A stretch of DNA of 61,365 bases, counting the filler, from Rhabdomonas costata (lineage: Eukaryota): NCBI GenBank assembly GCA_019059605.1. It is 22 parts of 22 records of this genome, joined end to end, with 100 filler letters (N's around TTAATTAATTAA, not from the genome) between each part and the next. Parts side by side here need not be neighbours in the genome. Positions count along the whole stretch, not along the records: positions 22,369 to 25,063 come from JAHMHO010002331.1; positions 25,164 to 27,855 come from JAHMHO010002332.1; positions 27,956 to 30,648 come from JAHMHO010002333.1; positions 30,749 to 33,441 come from JAHMHO010002334.1; positions 33,542 to 36,235 come from JAHMHO010002335.1; positions 36,336 to 39,029 come from JAHMHO010002336.1; 16 more parts are not named here. One strand, given 5' to 3'. The translations under genes were made by a program, and so were the position numbers. Shown in pieces: positions 25,031-36,870 of the stretch. Position 1 is the stretch's first letter; every line of letters begins with the position of its first letter. The notes under the pieces are model-generated. The model saw nothing but the letters and a program-made list of their open reading frames with translations, searched no databases and was not told the DNA's origin.

Positions 25031-25384
25031 CGGCCGGAGGGAGCACCTTCAGCACCCAACCCCNNNNNNNNNNNNNNNNNNNNNNNNNNNNNNNNNNNNN
25101 NNNNNNNTTAATTAATTAANNNNNNNNNNNNNNNNNNNNNNNNNNNNNNNNNNNNNNNNNNNNGGGTGGGTGTTCAGTTTACATGAGATGATGAGCTCAG
25201 TGCCCGATGGTGGGCAGCAGTACTCTCGCGAAGGCATCTTCTTTCCCTGTCCCAACTTTTTCCGCGTCCTTTTCCGCGTCCGTACCTTGACAGTCTTCTT
25301 TCAATGTTTTCGCTTTGCATGTACAAGTGGAGTTCGTGATTCCTCTGTTCTCAAGTACAGGCTCGAGTCGGGGTTGAAGGACAG

Positions 25385-27797
25385 GCTGCGTGAGAAGAAT
25401 GGAGCTTGGGCCCAGTGCACCCGTTTTGAATGTGGTTCCGGTGGTGACGGAGGTCTGGGAGAGCTATGTGGTTCTGCGGCTTGCACGGTTTGCCACGGGC
25501 GTGTCCTTCAACACATACCATCTCAGCGTCACCGGGCCGGACTACAGGTACGTGTGTGTGTGGATAGGTGTGTTTGTGCTCCCGTCCGTCTCCATGGCTC
25601 ACCTTCCTGAGCATCCAATTGATTCAAGTAGTCCATAGTTAGGGGTCTGCTATAAAAGGGAACGAAGGACCTTTTTATTCGGTCGACCTGTCTGAAAAGC
25701 TGAATGATTGACATATTGGTTTTACGGTTTACAAGTTGTGGGCTTGTGACGGTTGGTCACAGTGTTGGAAACCTGGGTGAAATCGCGTTCCCACTTAGGA
25801 GGGCACCACTTATGAAAGAAAACATGCTCTCTCACACCCTCCCCACGCGTCGACACATGAAGGAGGATCTATGTCTGCTACAAGCCGTTTCGGTTTAGAC
25901 GTGCGGCAGGCACTCTGGTTTGGCTCAGGTATATGCCCTAAGTTTTTACAAAATAAAGCCATACGGCTGCCTCTTTAGCAGATTGGTAAGAACGGCATCC
26001 TTGAATAAAGATCCATTCCCCTTCCGTTCCACTTTTTCTCTGTTGTCATTGATCAGGTTTGACCAGCATCTGATCTCCACCGCGGATCCCGTGAAGGTCA
26101 CCGACCTCTCCGCCGGCACGGCGTACACGGTGGGCGTGCGTGGGCAGCTTTCCGATGGTCTGCGCATGTGTCTGCGTGGGCGAGCATGTATGTGGTCTGG
26201 CTGCTATCACTGCTTGTAACACTAGGAGTCCGCTTCTACCATTCTGATAGACACTTTCATAGCACCCACTGCCCACGCCTCATTTTTCGCTCTCCCCTCG
26301 TCGAACTCGGCACCATTACCCTCCTACCTTCCGATTGTCCGACTCGCATCACCTCACGAATCTCCCACCTTTTCCGATGCTGGTTTGTAATTCGCAATTC
26401 GTTTCCAGGGTCTGAAGGTATTCACTGTACCAATGTCCGATGGTATCTTGTTGAATAGAATCGGTGTGTCTCCTAAGTCTCCAGTGATTCTACTGTGCTG
26501 GTCTTTCGGGTATTTATGGTGGTGTCGGTGTCCTTGTTTGATTCCGACACCCATGCTGCTGCAGTTCGTGAGATGTCCTCTAAAACCAAAGCCAGCACGG
26601 AGGGTCACTGGTAGCAGTCTGACTATTTCCTCCAATTGTTGATTTTTCTGTGGTGGCGGCGCTTTGGTTTCCTTATTAGGTAATGTGCTGAGCTGTAACA
26701 GCTGATTAGAACCCAATGTCCAATTTTGTGTTTCCATGTTTTTTTCTCTCAACGACCTCTTGTCAAAAGGGGACGGAGAGAAACGTAGTTGGAGTGATGG
26801 TGGAGAGGTAAAAAAGGCATTTTCGCGACATCTGAGGGAATCCCAAAATGAATCTGCATATGTGTGTTGTATGCCTAGTGTCGGCAATGCACCTGAGTCG
26901 CTTATTCAGGGAAGATCACTGCAGTTTGTCGGTGGGGGCTTCACAGGGTGCTCGTGGACCGCCTTCACGGAGCTTTCCGTCACTACGGCCTTCCCAATGA
27001 AGATCGAAGCGGCCAAGGCTCTTTTTTCTTTGCCTATTGGCTTTGCCGTCATCATTTCCGCTTTTCCATCTCTGTAAAAGAGAAGAGCCTCCTTGGGGAC
27101 GCAGACAGTAATATTAGAGCAAGCCCTAATTTATATAGATGAACATTTTTTTTTACGAACGATGTACTTTTGCCAAAACGCGAACACTTTTCCACTTAAT
27201 AACGATTTGGAGGGTATAAAAGGGTATAAAGTTAAGTTTTAAAAAAGGGAAAATTAAAAAAGGGAATAATTTTTTTTCGTAGGAATTTCATCCAATCCGT
27301 AGTAGAATGAAAGGTTTCTGAACTTGTGTGGACTCTGGAATCCTTTTATTTTGGACAAAGTATCAAGCATAATTGTGGTATCTAGACAGCAGTTCGCAGA
27401 ATTGAGATGTTCTTGATCTGTTTTCAATGATTTTGTCTCACCCTTTGTGTTGCCATTGCGCGTTTCATTAAGATTTATTAGTTCATGAAATAAGAACGTC
27501 CATAGCGATATTATAATTGTAAATTTGGATATGCGTCGATGATGCTCTGGACACAACATGAGTTCGAGCGTAAGGTCATCGGACGTTTTCCTGTGCTCAA
27601 ACGCGATTGGACAGTGAGAAACGTTTTCCCGGGGCAGTGAGCGAGTCGATGTCCGTTTTGAAACCTTCATTATGCTATTCAGCACTCAAGAGCGAAACCG
27701 CCCGTTCCGCACCACGTCAGTGAGTCTCTTTGCAAAAACCGCGCAGGTCGGGGAGACCTTCCTTCAAGTAAGGTGGCTGCATGGTGCCAGCACGGAG
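25385..27797 (+). CDS. Fibronectin type III repeat protein (internal exons)
   Basis: Exons ~25385-25547, 26057-26157, 26947-27017 and 27747-27797 give VTEVWESYVVLRL...YHLSV...VKVTDLSAGTAYTVGVRG...W..FTELSVTT...VGETFLQVRW. This fits the FN3 pattern L.pGT.Y.V.V. Confidence 0.65.
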
Positions 27798-27853
27798 GTC
27801 CTGGCCCCCGTGCTGGCACCATGCAGCCACCTTACTTGAAGGAAGGTCTCCCC
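27750..27853. repeat. Perfect 46-bp inverted repeat at contig end (probable fold-back artefact)
   Basis: 27750-27795 is the exact reverse complement of 27808-27853, with a 12-nt loop. The left arm lies in a coding exon. Confidence 0.9.
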
Positions 27854-28836
27854 AANNNNNNNNNNNNNNNNNNNNNNNNNNNNNNNNNNNNNNNNNNNNT
27901 TAATTAATTAANNNNNNNNNNNNNNNNNNNNNNNNNNNNNNNNNNNNNNNNNNNNTCTTCCTGGTTAAAGCGCAGTTAAGGGAAGACAGAAGGAAGTGTG
28001 AGAGAGAAGCCGACAAACGGAACCCCACAACAGAAACCACAAAAAGTTGCGAAAGGCAGACGTTGATTGCTTGCTGACTCCGATTGTATCAAATTCTGCC
28101 TAAACCGGACTTGATGAAAATAGGTCTGCTCTGATTTTGGAGTTCACGTCCCGGTCCCCCGACCTTTCTCAGTTGTTTCCCCAAGGACTGAAGCACACCG
28201 GAACAGCGGCCACGGCTGGCATGCGGCCGACTTCAAAAAGCTTCGAGCACGAACAGGGCAAACGAAACACAAAACAAACACAAGAGCTAAAAGCTAAAAC
28301 GTGAAAGCCCTGTAAGGAAATGCGAAACACTCGCGTACGGTGGCCACATGAATCGTTACAAACGCAGAAGTTTGGGTGACACTTGGTTAAGCTTTCAAAT
28401 GTTACCGGTGTTTGTGAGGCTGTCTGATCTGATCTTCTGCAGAAAACTGCACCTTGGACAAGACATCCAACCGCCCAAAGAGTAGTGGGGCCTATCAGCC
28501 TGCAGTCCATCTGTCTTGCGCCTTTTCCCTTTCTGTTTCTTGAGGGACACTCCAACGGCAACTCGACAAGTGACGAAGCGATGAAAAGTCAGTTGCAACA
28601 AAAACGGAACAAGATGCTGAGTCAGGGCGACGTTTTTGACTGGTTCGAGCAAAAGGTATAAAACGGAAGCAACTTGTGGGAAACGAAGATAAGGAGGCCC
28701 CAAATCCTTCCTTCCATAGCTGCGCCGCAGAGAAAAAGAATTGCTGAGCTTTGAAAACGGCCACACCTCACAAAGTCCATACCATACGAACGTGCGAAAA
28801 AACTGCAAGTCCAAAGTGAAATTCCAGTTTTATGTC

Positions 28837-29454
28837 TCATGCTTGGTCATGGACACTTTTTACTGCAGAGGAGGAAGAAACCGGTGACTTGTTCGCGGCA
28901 TTGGAGAGGTAGATGCTCCAGAAAAACCCAACCACGTTGGCCCACAGCACTCGAAGCTCCGGGGGAACGACCTTGAAGTTGATGAGTTGGGCAGGAATCC
29001 ACACCGAGTAATTGGTGAGCAGGGTGGGCAGCCAGTCCTTTCTGAGTTTGTCGTGGGTTTGGTCAAGCTTGCCCTCCATGCACAGGGTTGCACTGAAGAA
29101 GACGACCACAAAGACCGGAGCAAAGAGAGCCTGATCCAAACCAACACGCTGAACTGCAGCGCCGAAGCCTGGACCAGCGATCCTCGTAGAAAGCAGCCCA
29201 TACCACCAGTGAACAATGGGCGGAACAAACACAGTGTTCAACGCGGCGAAGTTCGTCGTGCGCTGCCACTGGATTCGCTGAAGGACAGGCAACTGGAGCG
29301 CTTTCCTGTCCAAAGGGAAGTTGATCTGGCAAACAATGTCCGCGGCAGTGGCGATAAGGCCGGCAGTGATGCATTTAGTGAGAATAGGCCTGGCCTCCAG
29401 AAGCTGATTGTATCGTTGCCAAAGGAAAACCAGGAAAGGAAAGGCTCGCCGCAT
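28837..29454 (-). CDS. Mpv17/PMP22 family membrane protein, single exon
   Basis: YNQLLEARPILTKCITAG..ADIVCQ, RT..F, HWWYGLL, VGLDQALFAP and NYSVWIPAQLINFKVVPPELRVLWANVVGFFWSIYLS are canonical Mpv17/PMP22 motifs. ATG at 29454. Confidence 0.95.
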   Translation of the reverse strand: MRRAFPFLVFLWQRYNQLLEARPILTKCITAGLIATAADIVCQINFPLDRKALQLPVLQRIQWQRTTNFAALNTVFVPPIVHWWYGLLSTRIAGPGFGAAVQRVGLDQALFAPVFVVVFFSATLCMEGKLDQTHDKLRKDWLPTLLTNYSVWIPAQLINFKVVPPELRVLWANVVGFFWSIYLSNAANKSPVSSSSAVKSVHDQA

Positions 29455-30834
29455 CTTAGTAAATTTCTTGTGGAGAAATAAGAGCAGATCCAAAACTGCA
29501 TGGAAAAACAAGTGTACCCTTGGGGTGGGGGAAGTAGGGTAGGCGGCGCAGGCCATTTTGCTCCAACTATATCGAACCAGGTTAAGAAGGTTGGGTTTCC
29601 ATCACTGAAAAAAAGGATATTCACCGGAGGTATCCCCACTGCTCTGGCGGGAAGGTGCCCGCAACGGGTTTGTAGCTACCAAAGACGTCCTGCCCAAAAG
29701 AATCAGCAAGACCCATATGCAGCAAACAAAACTGATGTGAGAGATAAGATACGCGCTACAATTACGCTGAAAATGCTGTCCATTGCAGTGAAACATCCCA
29801 TCCACTGACGTGGCCACTAGAACCCGACCTTTCAATTTCTTGCGGATGGGCTGTTCGGCGAATGAACACACCCCCACCACACATTCACTCACTCAATCAC
29901 TGTGAACGTAGCAGCTGGTTTCCGTGTAAGCATTCGTCGGGTGCCAAACTTAAGTGAAACGCCTGCGTTGGGGAGGGGGGGCTTCCGTGGTACGCGTAGT
30001 ATCGCAGCGGCCGTGGGGGCAGCGTGCGTCCGCGTCTCTCTGCACGAACGTTATCCTCGACGAGAGGAGCGCGTCTTTGCTGTTCAGGACCTGCGCGAGC
30101 GTGCAATATACTCCATCTGGATCGCGTCGAGTGGGTGACCAGCGAGGTTTCAGGGCTTTTGCCCGCTCGTGGCGGTGCGTGAAGCCGCCGTTCTCGGGAG
30201 CGAGCGCATTCCCCTTTCGGAGGAAAAACTCTCACTTTCTTTGGAAATGGACCGGACAAACCTGCACGCGTCAGAACCAATCCCAATCTTCGCCTATCGT
30301 GTGCATTGCAGTACCCCAGGCTGTGCGTACAGAAGACGCTGAGAATGTTCAGCTGTATTCATGCAATCCAAAACGACCATAAGAGTAAATCCGGCCACGG
30401 AGCATGCGAACGCCGCAATGGCATGGCACCACCCGCTCCCTCTGTCCCTCTGTCTCTGGGGAACGCCAACTCCGGGTAATTGAGGCGTACCCGTGTCATA
30501 CGCGGGCACGCCGTGGGAGCGGGACCCCGTCACGAATTGCGACACGAAGTTAGGTGGATGGACACGGGATCACTGAAACGCACATCTGAAGCAAAAAAAA
30601 AGGACATGTCTCTGTTGCAGCACAACATACGCAAAAGACTATAATCTTNNNNNNNNNNNNNNNNNNNNNNNNNNNNNNNNNNNNNNNNNNNNTTAATTAA
30701 TTAANNNNNNNNNNNNNNNNNNNNNNNNNNNNNNNNNNNNNNNNNNNNCCCCATTTCCCTCCTGCCTCGAGTTACTAGGAAAATGTTGGGTCTTAACATG
30801 TAACTTTGAATGAAGAGTCTCTGACTTCCCGCAG

Positions 30835-32917
30835 GCATCCGGACAAGAATCCCCATGGCGACGCCGCCCGGAGGGCGGAGTATGACCTCAGGCACGCAGA
30901 GCGGGGTGTTAGCCCGGTTTGGGTGGGCTCCCACTCCCGGCGTCGGCAAGGTCACCGTGCACACCTTTTTGTCTGCTTTGGAATGGGTCATCTCTTTACC
31001 TAGTTAAAAAGTTTCTCACTTTTTTTTGGCTGTACCCTCCCTGGGGAAAGAAAATTGCTTAAGTATGATTGATCTTTCAACCCCTTTGTGAGTTACCGGT
31101 ATCTGGACCAATAATAATTCAGTGGATCAAGGTTGGATTGGCTCCCCCACCCGCACCCGCACCAAAAACCAGTCAAAACTGGTCACGTACAAAGGCTTGC
31201 CCGCACAAACGGGGTGACGGTCGGCAGCAGTGGGCTATGCTGCTGCCTATACAGGCCCTCACTCCTATCTGGGGAGGGAGTAAACAACTGACGAAAGGGG
31301 ACAAACAAGGGGGCGCTGTATACAATTGTACAATGCAGGTGGCGGGAAGAGCCACCTAGTAAGGCTGAGGAGAAAATAAGCGAGAGAAGAATAAAATCAT
31401 CCTGGTTGACCCTTTGTGCAGACCATTTTCAAACAGAGAACGGAACTGCATGAGAGGAGGGGGAACCCGCCCTGCAATTGGGGGAGGGGGCGGGGCACCG
31501 ACCGACCGGTCGGCCGGCGTCAGGATCAATTTCGGAATACTAATTTGGGATCAACGTCCTAGGCGCAAGGTTTTGGGTTGCTTAACCAGGCGGTTTCCTC
31601 ACACGGGGGAACTCCACGGGCGAACAAAAATCGCAAAAGAAAATGCATGTTGTAGAATGGATTATGAACGTTTAATACGCAAGTGGCATGCGACTGCGTA
31701 CCGTGACCCAGTCGTTGATGCCGGCGCTGAAGAGACTGCCCATTCATCCGTAATGCATGGGACAGGTTGTGATCACAAATCTCTGAAGCCCTCTTTACCT
31801 CGTCCAGATAGATCCAAGATCCACTGAAGTGTACTTCGCGGTGAAAACATTGCAAATTTCCTGACTGCAGCCATACTCCCGAGCTGGGAGGACCTGGCCG
31901 AACCTTTTTTGTCCTCTCCCACCGCTGAATTTGCTTCTGCAATTGCCTTGTTCTGTCGGGTCTGCGGCTTCGGCAGGATTCGGCAAAAATTGGCTTTCTG
32001 GCTTCTGCGGTGAAGCAACTTGTCCTACACGCCTCAGGGGAATCTGCACGGGGCTTCGCCATGGCCGCGGCGGTGGAGAAGGATTTGGACGAGAGCCTTC
32101 GAAGGGAGCAGAGTGACCTCCGACAGCGCAGCTCGTGGCCGATTAGCTCCGATTTCGGATCGTGGTATGAGCGTGGTGTGTGTGCTCCTTTTAAGCTCCA
32201 TCTGCCGCCATTATCTAGCGTCATCTTGAGCGAAACGTTTTCAAAGCCCCACATCGGCAGCTGCTGAAACGCCATCTGCCGCCAACCAGCGAAATTCGTT
32301 GCCATCTAAAGTAGGTCGCTTGAAACTGCCGCCTGTTTCCCTGCGCAAGTGTTTTGTTTATCGTGTCCCTTTCTGAAAGGTACCGAATGAAGACTAAGGA
32401 GCTCGAGGAAGTTGGGGAGGCTGCACGGAAGCAGTCTGAGGAGAAGAGGCAGGAGCAAGAGCAGCAGGTTTTGCATTCACTTTTGCGTGTGCACCACCGC
32501 GCTCGCTTTTCAGACACACAATGCGTCTTGTTGTTTAGTTGTGTTAGTTGTCGTTGGCTTAGCCTTCCTTCGTGGTTGTGCAAGTGTTTCGTGCACTGTG
32601 TTCTCTCGAATTCTGCGGGACATTCATCATTCAATCATTTTGGCGGCTTCTGACTGTGTTGGGGTTGAGCAATGCATGTATGCATGCATGTGCACACCAG
32701 TGAGGATGCATTGGTTTTGTTGCGGGTAATAGAAAACCATTTCGTGTCCACATAGCTGCAAGAGGAGCGGAAGCTCAGCGAGGTGAAGGCCGCACAGCGG
32801 CGGCAAAGGATTCTGGCGGAGCAACGGCAGTTGGCGCAGCAGGTCGTGGAGGAGGAGCTGCGGCAGCAGGAGGCCCGCAAGCTTGAGCAGGAACGGCTGC
32901 AGAAGGAGGCCGCTGAG
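30835..32917 (+). CDS. DnaJ-like (HPD) protein with coiled-coil tail, partial
   Basis: The exon from 30835 reads HPDKNPHGDAARRAEYDLRH. Later E/Q/R-rich exons at about 32038-32133, 32380-32467 and 32755-32917 include EERKLSEVKAAQRRQRILAEQRQLAQQVVEEELRQQEARK. That these exons belong to one gene is inferred. Confidence 0.5.
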
Positions 32918-34760
32918 GTTGGTTGAGTGCCCTTTTTTATTTGCTTGCGTGGGTTAGAAGCAAGGTTAGCCGGTACCCCACGGCGTCGTTCGCTCCGAAG
33001 TTGCCTCTCGCGGTCACCCGTTGTCAACTGCCCGAACTGCCTGTGTCCTTCAGTCCACAGAGGTCATGCGCCATGTGCCCAACCACACACGGGCATACCG
33101 TGACGCCGTTACAGAAGGTTTTGGAGGTTTGGGGTGAAAATGGCGCTTGGGCTACACGACCCACCTGGACACTTTGGACACTGGTGAACATTCTGTTTGA
33201 CGTGTATCGCTACCCCAAGGGAACGTCCCCCACCTCAGCTCCGGCCGCGCCGCGGACTGGCTTCCACCCCTAAACTATTCGCATTCCTTTGTTGGCTAAA
33301 GCCCAGCAAGGAATGAGTTCATATCACCAATACTGACAAAGACAACGGAAGGGCCAAAAGATCATTTTCATACACCGCCCCATGACTGAAAAACGCCATA
33401 CAATATCAGTGTGGTGCCGTTTAACGTCCGCCCACCCCACCNNNNNNNNNNNNNNNNNNNNNNNNNNNNNNNNNNNNNNNNNNNNTTAATTAATTAANNN
33501 NNNNNNNNNNNNNNNNNNNNNNNNNNNNNNNNNNNNNNNNNGGTTTGGTTTTTCTTTTTTGTGGTCCCATGCGGCTGTGCTGTAGTGGACCGTGGCAGCC
33601 CCTCTCGCCACCCAGTGTTTCTTTGCTCCGTGCGTCCGGCACTCTGCACTGACCTTTCAGGTTCGGTGCCTTTTTGGGTTGGAGGGATGAGATGTCGAGA
33701 GGGTGAGATCTGGTTGTCTACATGAACCATGTTTGCAGTTGAATGGTGAATATTCTTCATTTCAGTCCGTTTTTCCACCCCAGAGGAATTGCCGATTGTT
33801 CGGTAATATTTCGTCCACTTAACTGTACTTGGAGGGGGGGTGACTTTGGCGGATTTACCCAGCTGTGGTGACGCGAGAAGAAGTGTGGTCTCTGCGAGCC
33901 GCCATAATTCTTTAGCACTCACCTCTTATGCACGTGGCAAAACCTCTTCCGTCCAAAAGCGGGGGGTGGGGGGTAGGAAGCTGAGGCGAGTGGCCCAGCC
34001 CTTTCTGGTTGAGTAACCGTGCCCCCTGTGTTTCTATACCTTCGCCCTGAGCCTCGCGGATCAACAAAAGGCAAACAAGTTGAAATGATAAAACACTGCA
34101 GACACAGGCGGGAATGCAACGACATTTCATAACGAAATGGAGATGGAAACAGGATGCAGCTCGGGCCGGACATATACAAACCTGAAACTTGTGTGTGTTC
34201 CTAAAAACCAAGAGCCAACCGAAAAATGGCAGCCACAACCCCCGTTAAGGCTTCACCCTTCGAAGTCACTCCCTTTGCTTTGAACATTTCTTTAATTGGT
34301 GAAATAATCACCCACTAAATCTGCAGCGCCCTACAGATCACCGCAAAATTCAAAAATAATCTCCACCCCCAAATTGCAATTGAAAGAAACGATCACTGAG
34401 AAGAGTGTGAAACTTTTCCATGAAAAACATGTGGCTGCGCGCGAATCCCAGGGTGGATTTTGTGATAGGCGTGCTATCATATTTGACAATTATTTTGCCA
34501 CGTTCATAATTAACGTGACAACAACGCTTCCACAGCGAAAGAAAATCTGCGAAAACCTGCAAAATTCAAAGAGGCACAAAGCAACCCAAGCCACCCACTT
34601 GAAAGACATTCTGTTTGTACAGTGACAATTGCGTTATTCCCGCTTGACATGTAGCGGCAATTACAGAATCGGCACACCCCCACACCGTACACCCGCAACA
34701 AACACAAACCAGGCACAAGGGGCCCACCTCTCGTCCTCCTGTGTGTGTGTACCCCGCACG

Positions 34761-35010
34761 CTACGCCCCTGCCAGCTCGTGCTCCATGAAGGACTGGGCG
34801 TCGCGGTTCCCACCCAGTGCGGACAGCGCCATCCACCGCACGGCCAGCTCGCGGTCCAAGGGAACCCCCTCCCCCTGCAGGTAGGCCTGCGCGACGTAAC
34901 GCTGGGCCGAGGCCAGGCCAGCTCGAGCTGCCCGCAGGGCCCACCGGAACGCCATGGTGAGGTCCCTGTCCACTCCCTTGCCATCCCGGTAGAGGAAGCA
35001 CACGTCACTT
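34761..35010 (-). CDS. Sel1-like repeat protein, terminal exon
   Basis: LYRDGKGVDRDLTMAFRWALRAARAGLASAQRYVAQAYLQGEGVPLDRELAVRWMALSALGGNRDAQ gives two SLR repeats, followed by a stop. Confidence 0.88.
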
Positions 35011-35670
35011 TGGGAGAAGTGGCGCACGGGGAAGAAAGAAGACGCCGGCAGAAGGCTACGTCGGAGAGAATTCCTCTTAGAATTCATTGGGCGGGAAGGT
35101 ACGTATTGGATACATCCGTGACTTTGAAAAAAATATCACATGAACAAATATATGCAAACAAAAATAAATACAACAAACATATGACACGAAAGTGATCGGC
35201 AAGCTTACGATTGGCTAAGGGGTGAAGGCTTGAGAACATGAGGAGAGTCTTTGCTGTCACTGAACTTGGGCATATAGCAGTAGCATGGCCAAGCGCCTCC
35301 GGGTGGTGTGTGGATTTCTAACCACCGTATCCCCCTCTGGCAAACAAGCCGCTTCCTGAGGAGCAACCCACAATTAACCAATCTGAAGAAAATTTTTCTT
35401 CCGGGAAAGTGACGACCCAGCTGAGTGGCCCATTTTTTTTTAAAAAAAAGCGGAAAGCCGGATGGAATGCCCATTGCCATATACTGTCAAAATCAGAAGC
35501 ATTCATATATGGGTAGAAGAAGGGAAGTCACCGAACCAACTCCGACGAAGGCCCCCCACCCCCCCCCCCCTCCCCACAATGTGTACAAACAAACCCGGGG
35601 GGGAGGGGGGCGGGGTGCTGGAGCTGCAGGGTGGTGTTTCTGCCACACGGGTTCTGACGCTTCTGGTTAG

Positions 35671-36066
35671 GATCGTGATGGTGTCCAGCATGGCAGGGCA
35701 GGCCGGGATGGTGGGCTACTGCTGCTACGCCCCCACGAAGTTCGCGCTGCGAGGGCTGGCGGAGTGCCTCAACATGGAGCTGTGCCCGTATCGCATCGGG
35801 GTGTCGGTGGTGAACCCCCCTAACGGTAAGCCAATGCGAGGAGAGAGAAAGCCGGTGACTTGGTGCCTGATAGCGCGGCTGCCTGTGAGTTTCCTCGTGG
35901 TGGTTGTGCTGGCGGTTGCTTCGTTCTCTTTTTTTCTTATGGGTGCGTTGCCGCTCTTTTTGGCCCCGTGGAGTTTTGTGGTTCAGCCGTTTGCTTTTAT
36001 GTGTGCTCAGTGGATACCCCGATGTACGCCGAGGAGATGAAGGCCAAGCCTTTGGCGACCAAGCTG
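35671..36066 (+). CDS. KDSR: Short-chain dehydrogenase, 3-ketodihydrosphingosine reductase-like (internal exons)
   Basis: Exons 35671-35825 and 36011-36066 give IVMVSSMAGQAGMVGYCCYAPTKFALRGLAECLNMEL...VNPPNVDTPMYAEEMKAKP. The YxxxK motif and the PPxxDTP...EExxxKP motif are typical of KDSR/TSC10. Confidence 0.8.
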
Positions 36067-36870
36067 GTTCGTGTTGGTGGTTAGAGAATGGAAAGCCGCT
36101 ATCCTGGGCACAAGGAGGCAAAGGGAAGGCTGAACCCGGTGCTGACCCATCCCATACAAATGGGCTTCCTCTTAACTCTGTTCCATGCTGGCGTGCTGCT
36201 GCTGCTGGGTGGTGTCTCAAGTTTTAACAAACCACNNNNNNNNNNNNNNNNNNNNNNNNNNNNNNNNNNNNNNNNNNNNTTAATTAATTAANNNNNNNNN
36301 NNNNNNNNNNNNNNNNNNNNNNNNNNNNNNNNNNNTTGTGGGGGGGGTATTAGGTTCGAAAATTTAAAGCGTCGAATTTTTGCCCCGGAATTTTTCCATC
36401 GGATAGCCCACCCCGACAAACCTGGGCTTGAAACGCCGACTACTTCGCGCAAAAAAAAAAGCGCAAAAAAGTCTACATACAGACAGACACACATGGACAT
36501 TTTCCCGGTTTTCTCGTATCAAAACCCTACACTACGTTTGGCACACTAGCATTGCCTTTCAGCACAATCCACTTAGGCTCGTGCCTGGTGCTTCGCAATA
36601 TGGTAACGAATCTTATGCCTGCCAATACCGAGAATTGTTTTTTGTGATTTCTTGGCCCGAAATTTATTTTTACATTTTTCAATTTATTCAATTTATTTTT
36701 ACAATTTTCCCACCCTGATTCGCCCCGGGTCCAGAAAAAGAAAGGGTCAACAAAGCAGATGATAGTCGTATGGAAGCACAAAAAGGTCCAAAGGTAAACC
36801 AACAACAAAAGAAGAGCAATGCAGTTAAAAAGGAGCACAAAGCTCAGCCAAAGGACTACCACCCTGAAAG

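Noticed and set aside
27750-27853. Perfect 46-bp hairpin as a terminator, MITE or ncRNA
   Set aside because: The left arm is an in-frame FN3 exon, the copy is perfect and it ends at the contig edge. A fold-back amplification artefact is the simplest explanation.
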